DNA of 63,198 bases, the filler included, from Octopus bimaculoides (Eukaryota): the NCBI RefSeq assembly GCF_001194135.2. It is 8 parts of 8 records of this genome, joined end to end, with 100 filler letters (N's around TTAATTAATTAA, not from the genome) between each part and the next. Parts side by side here need not be neighbours in the genome. Positions count along the whole stretch, not along the records: positions 1 to 30,729 come from NC_068993.1; 7 more parts are not named here. The stretch is one strand, 5' to 3'. Below are positions 1 to 10,930 of the stretch, piece by piece (position 1 is the stretch's first letter; each line of letters begins with the position of its first letter). The position numbers and the translations under genes were made by a program. Below the pieces are notes generated by a model, which did no database searches, was not told the origin of the DNA, and saw only the letters and a list, made by a program, of their open reading frames with translations.

Positions 1-250
1 ATTGGTACATACACTTACTTAGAAGATAAATAAATAAATGGTGGAAGTGGTAAAGACTAATTAGAAAATATAAAAACTAAACAAAGAAAAATTAGAAAAT
101 GTAAAAAAAGGGTTAGAAAATATAAAGAGGAAAACTAGGGTTGAAGTTAAAAATTAAAAATACAAAGTATGGGGAACAATTATAATAGTAGTAATATAAT
201 AGTAATATTGTATTACATAATGTAATATAATAAAAAATAACACCAATAAC

Positions 251-281
<31 letters not shown>

Positions 282-291
282 TAGTGGTTTG
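1..291. repeat. Left arm of a long inverted repeat (pairs with 2544-2844); PLE 3' region
   Basis: 1-291 is the near-exact reverse complement of 2544-2844, including an (AAT)n tract. The match runs off the window start. Confidence 0.95.
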
Positions 292-2543
292 AAAAGGTAC
301 GTTGATTGGAAAGATATTGTGATTGGGGAAGTTTCAGCTTATCTATTTGTGTAAATTATATGACATAGTGCAACCAGTACTATAATCGTGTTTTAATCGT
401 TTGGGTATTGGTATATGAAGTTAAAAGAGTCTGGGTTTGTATCTCCTACTGAATACTAGTATAATATTATTATAAAAACATTGAAGTGATGAGTGTTATT
501 TAATGTTACCTTTGTGTATTGTAGTGTTATTCAAAATCTTAGAGTCAGTGACTAAATTGTTTAGTAATTTTCCTGTAAAAGTGGGATTATGGATCTCGGG
601 TTATTAAATATGTGTGTATTTTATGGGGTCAGAATCTAGCTATGTGAGGGTAAACTGAATAATTAAAGTAAATAGTTAAGATGGGGGTAGAGTACGGGCC
701 TCGTTAATTCAATGCCTGAATGGTGGCAGGATGGATCTGACGAGGGAGTTACCATTGAAAGAAGATTTTGAAGTGATTATAACTTAAAAGAGAGGACTTA
801 GGGATTATAGTATTTAAAGGTTTTAATCAGTTTATGTATACAAGATGGTTTGAATTCTGATCTCTTATTAATTAGCTTGTTCTTTTCAGGGAATCTAATG
901 ATTTTCAATAGTTCTAAGGAACATAACTGGCAACCAGTTCTATTATTTTTATAAGTTGCGGCCAATCCAACCATCTAAGGTTAAAGTTAATGTTTTCGTC
1001 TTTAAGTTCCCATTTTCTACGTGATAATGAGGTGCTATTAGCCTTATGCCTGAGTCTAAATGATGACCTGTGGTTATAGACCCTGGATTTCCAGGAGGAA
1101 GAGCACCCAAGGTAGGTGAGGGTATTCGTTTCAGTAATTATTTCACAAGAATAGATTGTATTTTGCTAGGCAGTTTCGACGTAAAGGACATGTTGATGTT
1201 GTTACACAATTGCACCTGACTTTATAATTGTTAGGCCGTCTTATGCTTGCATGTGGAGGGTAACTGTTTATAGGATTGTTATCTATGTCAGTTCTCGGGT
1301 GGTTAAGGTTTACGCTTATGTTGCTGTTACTATTATTGTTGTTACCTATATTGGGGTTGTTCAAAGTTTCACTACCTCTATTCTTTCTGCCGTTAACACT
1401 GGTACTATATTTATTATTTCTATCAACAATATTATTAATTATATTGGAATTGTAGCTCATATAATTATTATCGTGATTACTATTTGAGGTGGAGTTGGAT
1501 ATTCTATTCGTAGTAGCAGTATCGTTATTTAACGTGGAAGTGCTATAAGGTGTGCCACTATCCTGTGTTAGGTCTAGGTTTAGTGATTCATCTATTGTAC
1601 TGTGGTTTGATATTTGGATATGGTTATAGGTCCAATTGTGTTGTTGTCATTATAATTATTACAATTATTAGCATTATCAACAATGTTATAATTCTCAGGA
1701 TTATTAGTTTGTATACTATCAATAGTAGTTCTTGGATTATCGGGGTTAGGCTGATAATTATTATTTATTCTTAATCTAGCTTTTTTTTAATTTTGGTTTT
1801 ATGTTTAGATATAAGGCATTTCATATTAGGGAGGGTTGAATATGAGATTCTAATAGTTTTAGTGGAAAGAATACTGTTATATTTATGAGTGGGTGGAAAG
1901 TTCTTTGATATAATTGAAAATATTTTCTTGCATAATCTACCTGTAACCGCTACATTGTATGGTATGTTATACCATATGTAGTTGCATAATTTATTGTTAC
2001 TGTGTTTAGTAATTCTTCTATTGCTATTATTATTTCTATCGTCAGGGTTTTCTCTAACTGAACTATTATCTGTATGATTTTTTTCTTTATGCTTTTTGAT
2101 CTTAGGCCTATTTTTATTAGTACTGGTTGTATCTGTGCTTTTATTTTTGTTTTTATTCAACTTATTTTCCATACGTCCATTTAGGGAATTAACTCTAGAT
2201 TTACTAATTTGATTATATGATGGGTTTATACTCATGGTTGATGTTTTAGGCGGTTTACAATTTAACTTTTTAACAAAAGATATTTTCTGGGAGTACCTAG
2301 CGTTAGAGTGGGCTTGATTGTAATGATGAGCATGATCTTTAAAAATGTTTTCATTCGAGGATAATTTAGTTAGTCTATCAGAAACAGCCTGGACAGTGGC
2401 ATTAATTATAGAGGAGGGGGGGGGTGATTGGATAGTGTGCTAATGTAACTAGTAGTTTCTTCTGGCTTTCTGTAAGGGTAGTGAAGTCCTTTATCTAAGT
2501 CTAGTGTAGGATCTAAAAAATTAACGATCTTAGAGTTAGTCAT
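292..2543 (-). mobile_element. Penelope-like element 1: 5'-truncated, frameshifted ORF (RT thumb, linker, GIY-YIG endonuclease)
   Basis: The minus strand gives KIVNFLDPTLDL..YPYRKP..YISTLSNHP (RT C-terminus, from about 2543), IWYNIPY..KNFPPTHKYNSIL..IRISYSTLPNM (ORF 1771-2235), CNC..CPL..NCL (ORF 1143-1460), then after a frameshift YLGCSSSWKSRVYNHRSSFR..STSLSRRKWELKD and CQLCSLE..LINKRSE..CIH, ending near 803. These are typical PLE RT/GIY-YIG motifs. Confidence 0.9.
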
Positions 2544-2553
2544 CAAACCACTA

Positions 2554-2596
<43 letters not shown>

Positions 2597-3660
2597 GGTG
2601 TTGTTATTTTTTATTACTATTACATTATGTAATACAATATTACTATTATATTATTACTATTATAATTGTTCCCCATACTTTGTATTTTTAATTTTTAACT
2701 TCAACCCTAGTTTTCCTCTTTATATTTTCTAACCCTTTTTTTACATTTTCTAATTTTTCTTTGTTTAGTTTTTATATTTTCTAATTAGTCTTTACCACTT
2801 CCACCATTTATTTATTTATCTTCTAAGTAAGTGTATGTACCAATATAATAGATAAGTTCATAATACTTAAGTTGTAGTGGTATGCTTTGGCTAAACTGAC
2901 CACTCATCACAAGGATATCATATTTCAACCTTACTCTAGCTAAGAAATTATTTATGACCCCTCCCCCCTCCCACACTATTCCTGGCCAACACAGCATCAT
3001 GTATGTCTGTCATTTAGGAACTTATCTCTTTATCTCTCTTTATTTCTCTTTATCTCTTTTTCTATTTTTAGGTTTTTTTGTTATTCTCTTTCTCTTTACT
3101 TCTGTTATTTCATTTTTTAAATTTCTTTATCCAATTTTCTTTTATTACCTTATTCCAACCCTACTAAATCTTTTATATGCATCTTACTTAATTATCAGTA
3201 TTTATTCTTATATTACCCTCGATTTGACTTCTATTATTTTTGTATTATTATTTTTGTATTTTATCTCTTATTTTATATTGTTTTAACCTCCAACTGCTTT
3301 CTTTTTTGATCCTCTCCTTCTATCTCATATGCGCTAGTTATATTTATTTATCTTTCACTCTACTCTGAATTGTTGTACAATATGAACAGATTTCTTAATA
3401 CTGATGAACTTTTATGTAAATATAACAATTTAAAGGATAAGCATATTACAATGGATAATACCAAGTGGACTTTCCCGTTTTCTCTCTCTTTTTCTTTTTT
3501 TCTTTTTTCTTTGTGATTTCTTCTTTGTGATGTAATCTTGGGACTGAATATATTTGCGGCTGAAGATAGCTTTAAACCATCCTTTCTATCAATTATATAC
3601 TCATATAATGATGCAACGACTGTTTGTGTATAAAGCTTGAAACACGTGTACCGCGGAATC
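2544..3660 (+). repeat. Inverted pseudo-LTR at the truncated 5' end of PLE 1
   Basis: 2544-2844 is the reverse complement of 1-291 and abuts the ORF truncation at 2543. The sequence continues to a hammerhead motif at 3554-3656; that extension is inferred. Confidence 0.7.
3554..3656 (+). ncRNA. Type I minimal hammerhead ribozyme with a large stem-II loop
   Basis: GCGG(3556-59) CTGAAGA(3560-66) T AGCTTTA(3568-74) [56 nt] TAAAGCT(3631-37) T GAAAC(3639-43) ACGT GTA(3648-50) CCGC(3651-54). Core, stem I, stem II and the palindromic stem III ACACGTGT are all present. Confidence 0.8.
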
Positions 3661-5502
3661 CTTAGACTCCATCAGAGGTGGAGGACTGCAGGTGTGCAAA
3701 TGAGCAGAGTGCAGCATATTTGGACACACTAGGTATGGACACTTACCTGAAGGATAGGACGTTGGCACTGACTGGGGTTGTTGTTGACAGGCCACCTCAA
3801 TGGGCAACAGTGCTGGGGAGACCAAGAATAAACAGAGTAAAATAAAACAGTCATTCCCAGTCGTTAGATTGACTGGAGTCTAAGGATTTCCCAATTGAGG
3901 ATGTGAGGGTATCAGCTACTAGCACACAGGTTACTTTCAGGATCTTAAGAGGGTATACATCTATAAACTATAGTATTAGTCAAGCACTTATTTTCTTATG
4001 GACAGTCACTAGTATTCCTACATTTACACATTTTCTTCACACACTTAGTCAGGCTGTGCTATACATTGTCAGTATCCAGGGTTATATTACTGTCAACTGT
4101 GTTAACCATTCCTATATCTTTGCCAATATTTATATCTACCTTGTCAACACAGTAATTATATCTTTCCCTTGATCATGTCCCATGTTTATTATCCAATGTG
4201 ATATTATCATTACAAATAGAAATCAACAGGTAACCATCTAAATTATGTTCAGTATTTTCACTTACAGTATTCATTATTTCTTGATTGATTCACAATGGCA
4301 GTGTTATAATTACAAAATGCAATTGTTTATATGATAAACTGATTTGGACTGATATGTATTAACCTCCTCTATGTTATGTGTTGAAAATTTTTCTGCTTCT
4401 ATTAAGAAGGAAATTTCTTTCTAATGCAGCAAAGAACAATTTGGGCAATGTGTACATAAAAAAGGGATTATACCAGGTTCTCTTCCTTCACTTACACTAT
4501 TTCTTTTCTCCTTATATGTAACAGAATTAGGATTACCATTTTGTGAACTAGAACACTTGTTAATAGTGGGAGGTGTTGAATCTCTATTAACCAGTAGAAT
4601 TCATTACTTTCTTTGCCTTTCCCTTATATTTATCAAGATTGTAATTACCCTTATTCTTAAAACCAATATTCTGTGATGTCATATTTAGAGTGGTATTTCC
4701 ATTATTATCATAGCAAATCTACCCATCCACGATGGAGGCATAAAGTGAGAGAGAGAAGTCATAACAGCAGTACATATTGAGAAATGTGTAAATGGACTTG
4801 ATAGATATGTGATGCCTTAGAGAAATCACATTATTGTTGGTGATACAACATTCTAATGCAGCTATATGACGTGTTTGTGACTAAGTGATATATGATGACA
4901 ATTCACTCCCGAACTGCAATAGGCTTCCAGCCTCTGTATCATGAATGGTTATGTAGACCACTCTTAATGACAGCCAGAGCTTCCTTCGACCACTACACAA
5001 AAAGTATTAAGAAAAAATGTTATTTAGATATACTTTTATTTAAGTTGTTTACACTATTTTACACGTGTTTATACTCTTATACATTCGAAGTTCACAAATT
5101 TCCTTATTTGAATTATGAATCATATTCCTTTCGATAATATCAATATGAGTACAAAACTTCTTTGTAGACAATATTTTCTGTTTAGTTGACACTAATTTTC
5201 AAATTACTCGAGTCCATTACTCTACTCATAGCGACATATAACTGGCCATGTGTAAACATCAGAGCGGGTACATGATCTAAAGTTTAACCTTGTGCCTTGC
5301 TTGCTGTGAATGTGTGGGCAGAATCTTTATGGTTGGAAAAATCAAACTAAGACTTACCTCTCACTGTTCTATACGAATAATGTCTGGATGTTCTGGTACC
5401 ATGGGTTATTTTGATTGACAAATCTGAGGTGTAAACAACAGCCACTTCGATTAGCTATTTAGAATCCTGCTCGAGACTGACACACTTTAATAACCACTAA
5501 AT

Positions 5503-5729
5503 CATCATCATCATCATCGTCGTTTAACGTCCGCTTTCCATGCTAGCATGGGTTGGACAATTTGACTGAGGACTGGTGAAACCGGATGGCAACACCAGGC
5601 TCCAATCTAATTTGGCAGAGTTTCTACAGCTGGATGCCCTTCCTAACGCCAACCACTCAGAGAGTGTAGTGGGTGCTTTTACGTGTCACCCGCACGAAAA
5701 CGGCCACGCTCGAAATGGTGTCTTTTATG
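5503..5729 (-). mobile_element. RTE LINE 3' tail fragment with (GAT)n tail
   Basis: (CAT)n-cgtttaacgtccgctttccatgctagcatgggttgg matches the end of the ORF-linked RTE copies at 10660-10930 and 22330-22950. It runs into an N gap. Confidence 0.8.
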
Positions 5730-6095
5730 NNNNNNNNNNNNNNNNNNNNNNNNNNNNNNNNNNNNNNNNNNNNNNNNNNNNNNNNNNNNNNNNNNNNNNN
5801 NNNNNNNNNNNNNNNNNNNNNNNNNNNNNNNNNNNNNNNNNNNNNNNNNNNNNNNNNNNNNNNNNNNNNNNNNNNNNNNNNNNNNNNNNNNNNNNNNNNN
5901 NNNNNNNNNNNNNNNNNNNNNNNNNNNNNNNNNNNNNNNNNNNNNNNNNNNNNNNNNNNNNNNNNNNNNNNNNNNNNNNNNNNNNNNNNNNNNNNNNNNN
6001 NNNNNNNNNNNNNNNNNNNNNNNNNNNNNNNNNNNNNNNNNNNNNNNNNNNNNNNNNNNNNNNNNNNNNNNNNNNNNNNNNNNNNNNNNNNNNNN

Positions 6096-6535
6096 ATTTT
6101 TTAATGCTAAAAAACTTTCGTGACAACTGTCTTTATAATCCTGAAAAATACCATAACCATTGGTCCAGCCGTCTGGCTATGCAGAGGGAATGGACAAAGA
6201 GACAGACATAACGCCCATTATAGTAAGATAGCAAATCTGCCCATCTATGATGGGAAATAAAGGGATAGTATTGCAAATCTAAACCCTCTAAATTCACAAA
6301 CTATACAGCAGGGAAATCCAGAGTTAATCTTCGTCGCCAGAATTGAAGCCAAAAAATCAAAGGTGATTTATTAATACAAAACTCAATATTCACTAAATAA
6401 TCATTCTTTCTCATATTTTTTTCACTAAAAACCTTCCTGATTACCTCCTTTGTAATCCTGAAAAACATCATGACCATTGGTCCAACCATTGGTGAAGAGG
6501 GAACAGATGGACATAACACCCATTATAGTAGAGGG
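6096..6535 (+). repeat. Two diverged adjacent copies of an unclassified repeat end
   Basis: The block aatcctgaaaaa..accattggtcca..gacataac(g/a)cccattatagta occurs at about 6137-6225 and 6454-6530. Confidence 0.5.
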
Positions 6536-7667
6536 ATTTGCAACTTTACATTCATTTGTTATTAATTTCTTTCTAATCTTATTCCATTTCAGAGATTAAT
6601 ATATTATACCATGAGATTGATTATTAGAATTATGCTTAACTGTATCATAATTTTGGTGACTATTCCATAATTTGCTAATATTAGGTTTATCATTAGTAGT
6701 ATTCAGTGTATCCCATATTGGGATATATAATTTTTTTTCTTTGTACTATGCCTTCTTAGCATCTCATTATAGTAGTTTGTATATTGATAGAATATCTCCT
6801 TATTAGCAAATGAAGTGGATATCCTCCTAGAAAAACTCCTCTGTTAAGTTAATCACTACTCTCAGATGATTGGATTGTCTGTTTACATAATTTTCCTCAG
6901 GTTTATGATAGGGACGAAAAGGTTCCTTATCCAATTCAAGGATCATGTCCAGAAAGTTAACTCCTCTAAGTTTATGGTCAATAGTGATGGGTAGACCTTT
7001 CTTAAAAAATTTCTAATTATTTTTCTATAATGCTCTATTTCCTCATTGCTACTGTTGTAGACAGAGAAAAGAATGTTGTCTTTAGATAGACCTCCCATGA
7101 TATTCGCTATATATGAATTTCAAGTCTTATCCGCATGTACTTATATTCCAGTAGACTTTTTAACTTTCTAGATTAAGTCCCTAAATTTCTTTAGATGTTG
7201 GTTGATACAGTATTATTTTGCTTGATAATTTTAAACCCCTTCAAAGACATCCAAATAAAGATGACGGGGTGGATTTTTTCTTGATTTGAATTCCATGCAA
7301 AAATCCAGGCAGTCTATTTCTACACTGTTTCTAGTTTGTCCTTTACTGAAGGAGAAAGCTCTTCATTGCATTCTTCTGATGAGCCATTAATGCTTTGGCT
7401 AAGCAGACTAACATATTCAGTCCTCCTTGTTAATACAACAAACAATGCTATATACTATGTGGGGGATTATTGTATGTAGATATTGTTTGTATTGCTGGAA
7501 TAATAGAAACTATGGATTGCAAAGGTATTGTTATAACTTGAATTATTTTTATTTCTCATGTTCTTATAATGTTCATTACCCTTAACTGAATTTATATCTA
7601 ACTTTTCTTATTAGAACTCCTTGATTTCTAAACTGCTACATAACTCTTTGTTGTGATGTGGCTCACT

Positions 7668-8210
7668 TGCACTAAATGAGGCTGCAAAGAGAGAGGTTTG
7701 GAGACGCCACTATGAAAGGCTGCTTAATAAAGAGAATGAATCGGTGGAAGAGAGTCTGCCGAATGTTGACCCAACAGAGGGACCAGCTGTCCTAATTGAC
7801 AGTACCTTGGTAGATAAAACGATCAAGAGTATGAAGACAAGGAAAGCCCCCGGCCCATCAGGAATCACTGCAGAGATGCTCAAAATATCTGGCAGTGTCG
7901 GCTATAGACTAGTCACCCGTATTGCGAAATAGGTGATAAACAAAGGAGTCATACCCAATGACTGGTGTAGCAGCCCCATAGTCAACTGCTACAAAGGTAA
8001 AGGTGACTCTTTAGACACAAACAATTACAGAGGTATCAAGTTATTGGACCAGGTAATGAAGGTCACTGAGAGGGTCATAGCCCAACAAATTAAGGAGAGA
8101 GTCATAGAAACCAAGCCTAATCAGACAGCTCTCCAGCTTGCCGGTTCCAGTCAAACTGTCTAACCCATGCCAGCATAGAAAGCAGACGCTAAATGATGAT
8201 GAGGATGATG
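7668..8210 (+). mobile_element. RTE LINE RT fragment joined directly to the 3' tail (internally deleted copy)
   Basis: ORFs give KAPGPSGITAEMLK and IPNDWCSSPIVNCYKGKGD..NYRGIKLLDQVMKV. The sequence jumps to the tail at about 8107 and ends in (GAT)n. Confidence 0.85.
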
Positions 8211-8469
8211 ATAAATCATTTTTTTTTACAAATCTATCTAATAATTTTTTGTGTATATTTGTATTACTTTTAGCTGTATACTTATTGATGAAAGATAACA
8301 GGTGTGTGTATATGTGTATGAATATGTGTACGTGTGTATTTATCTGTGTGTTCATGTGTATGTACATGCATGTGTGTGTGTGTGTGTGCTTGGATGGGAG
8401 TCATTCAGTATGTGATTGTGCATGTTTTTTTCATATAGTGTGTAATGTATGTATATAGTTATGATGATG

Positions 8470-8470
8470 A

Positions 8471-8535
<65 letters not shown>
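8470..8535. repeat. (TG)n(TA)n microsatellite (representative of many in the window)
   Basis: Direct observation. Similar tracts lie at about 10935, 12160, 30680-31130, 33200-33470, 34250-34500, 36913, 39210, 40170 and 42230. Confidence 0.95.
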
Positions 8536-8537
<2 letters not shown>

Positions 8538-8727
8538 GTTAGTTTGGTGGTGTTAACAGAAAAACAGAATTTAAAATATAAGTATATATAAATTTTTTTG
8601 TTGATAATCAGCTGAAGTTAGAGACTTAAGGGCTGAAAGTGTCATAACTTCTGCTGATTATTTAAAAAAAAAACAGATATGACTTAAAACTATATATATA
8701 ATTTTAAGTCTTTGTATGTGTGGAGTT

Positions 8728-9425
8728 GGTAAGGCAGTGAGCAGGCAGAATCATTAGCAATCCAGGCAAAATGCTTAGCAGTATTTCATCTGTTTTCAGG
8801 ATCTGAATTCAAATTCCACCAAGGTCAACTTTACCTTTCATCCTTTCAGGGTCAATAAAATAAGTACCAGTTAAACACTGGTGTCAATGCAATTAAATTT
8901 GAAATCAATACTTACAGACATGTATGAGGTGAACAAGAGAACTGATACTTATGTTTAGATGTGTATTTATATGATAATACTACTATGTTTCTTTGTTTTT
9001 GTGCTTGGTTCACAAGGTTCTTGATGTAAATTCATGTGATACAAGACTGTTACATTCATAAGTGGTGAGCTGGTAGAATTGTTACCATGCTGGGCAAAAT
9101 GCTTTGCAGTATTTCATCTGTCTCTACATTCTGAGTTTAAAATCTGCCAAGGTCAACTTTGCCTTTCATCCACTCAATAAAATAAGTACTAGTTGAACAC
9201 TGGGGTTGATGTGATGAGCTTGCCACGATCCTCAGAATTGCTGGCTTTGTGCCAAAATTTGAAATTATTATTATTATCGTCATCGTCATTATTATCATCA
9301 TTAAGGCGGTGAGCTGGCTGAATCGTTAGCACACTGGACAAAATGCTTAGAGGTATTTTTCCCATCGCTATGTTCTGAGTTCAAATTTTGCCAAGGTCGA
9401 CTTTGCCTTTCATCCTTTCAGGGTT
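8728..9425 (+). mobile_element. Cluster of three tRNA-derived SINE copies, family A (about 8728-8885, 9058-9270, 9302-9425)
   Basis: Each has the head aaggc(a/g)gtgagctggcagaatc.ttagca, a B-box-like gagttcaaattc and the central gcctttcatcctttc.gggtcgataaaataagtaccag. Confidence 0.85.
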
Positions 9426-10930
9426 GATAGAGACACCGCTGATGCTATATTTCTGGTAAGGCAACTGCGGGAGAAATACCAAGCCAAAGATAAACCCCTA
9501 TACTTGGCTTTTGTTGACTTGGAGAAAGCCTTTCACAAGGTCCCCCAATCCCTTATCTGGTGGGCGATGCAGAAACTGGGGATTGACGAATTGTTAATAA
9601 GAGCTGCACAGGCCCTCTACAGGGATGCTGTTAGCAAGGTAAGGGTTGGCAACAAGTATAGTGAAGAATTCTGGGTAGAAGTAGGGGTTCACAAAGGATC
9701 AGCCCTCAGCCCCCTCTTATTCATCATAGTCCTTCAGGCAATAACAGAGGAATTCAAGACAGGCTGCCCATGGGAGCTCCTCTATACTAGTGACCTTGCT
9801 CTCATAGCTGAATCACTACCAAAACTAGAGAAAAAATTTCAGGTGTGGAAGCATCAGTGTTTATTGCCCCTGTGCATCTGCCACACACAAAAGCTATCAT
9901 CCTGATTAACCATCCTTTGATGTTGCTGCACCTCTTATGCATCCATAGCTTACACTGGGTACGTGTTATGGAGATTCTGTCTACACCTTTTCTACAGATT
10001 GAGCAGAGCCATCTGCCTGAACGGGTTGGTGATTTGTTTGCCTTCCTACTTGCTAGGACCTTGGTTTTTGCAACATTGACTCTAAGACCCTTCAATTCTA
10101 GAAACTAGAAGTAGTTGGTAGCTTCCACTACCTAGGTGACCAAGTCTGTCATAGGGGTGGATGCTCTGAGAGTGTTACCCCTTGAATAAGAATAGCCTTG
10201 GCAAAGTTCATAAAGCTCCTACCTCTGCTGGTGACAAAGGGCTTCTCACTCAGTGAAAAGTCGATTGTATGATGCATGTGTGCATACTGCCATGCTACAC
10301 CGCAGTTAAACATGGGCCATGACTGTTGAGGACATATGCAGGCTTGAAAGAAATGAAGCTAGTATGATCCGTTGGATGTTTACTGTCAGTATGCACCACA
10401 ACAGTGTAAGCACCCTGAGAGAAATGTTGGACATAAGAAGCATCAGAGAGACGACTGCGCTGGTATGGCCATGTGCTGCATATGGATGAGGAGAGCTGTG
10501 TGAAGAAGTGTCACACCCATGGAAGGAACCCATGGAAGGGGGAGACCCAGGAAAACATGGGGTGAGGTGGTGAAGCACGACCTTTGAACATTGGGCCTCA
10601 CAAGAGACCGAGACCTCTGGAGATATGCTGTGATTGAGAAGACCTGGCAAGTAAAGTGAGGAGACCTAGTGAGTCAAGTAAAATCAAAAATCGAAATCAA
10701 AATGGAAATTGTAGTTGTGGCCGATACCAGTGCCACCTGACTGGCTCCCATGCCTGTAGCACATAAAAAGCACCCACTACACTCTTGGACTGGTTGGCAT
10801 TAGGAAGGGCATCCAGCTGTAGAAACATTGCCAGATCAGATTGGAGCTTGGTGCAGCTTCCTGGCTTGCCAGTCCCCAGTCAAACCATCCAACCCATACC
10901 AGCATGGAAAACAGACGTTAAACAATGATT
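9426..10930 (+). mobile_element. 5'-truncated RTE LINE with an internal inversion (about 9854-10102)
   Basis: The + strand gives AFVDLEKAF..GVHKGSALSPLLF..LLYTSDL. The next ORF segment (GLRVNVAKTKV..C..C..C..C..HKRC..CGRC) is on the - strand, then + resumes at EVVGSFHYLGDQV and runs to the 3' UTR. Confidence 0.9.

Noticed and set aside
737-772. CTGACGAG...GAAAG hammerhead-like core on the + strand
   Set aside because: There is no convincing stem I, II or III, and it is antisense to the PLE ORF.
1251-1774. Hydrophobic + strand ORFs (also 2954-3286, 27339-27722, 28558-29037)
   Set aside because: They are antisense shadows of N/K-rich PLE coding sequence or T-rich low-complexity DNA.
5576-6211. 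Long ORFs spanning N runs (also 12027-12911, 25440-25925, 29554-30172, 54558-54986)
   Set aside because: They are open only because N codons are not stops.
6850-7640. Possible very old L1/Tx1-like ORF2 remnant on the - strand
   Set aside because: There are only scattered residue hints and no motif I can defend.
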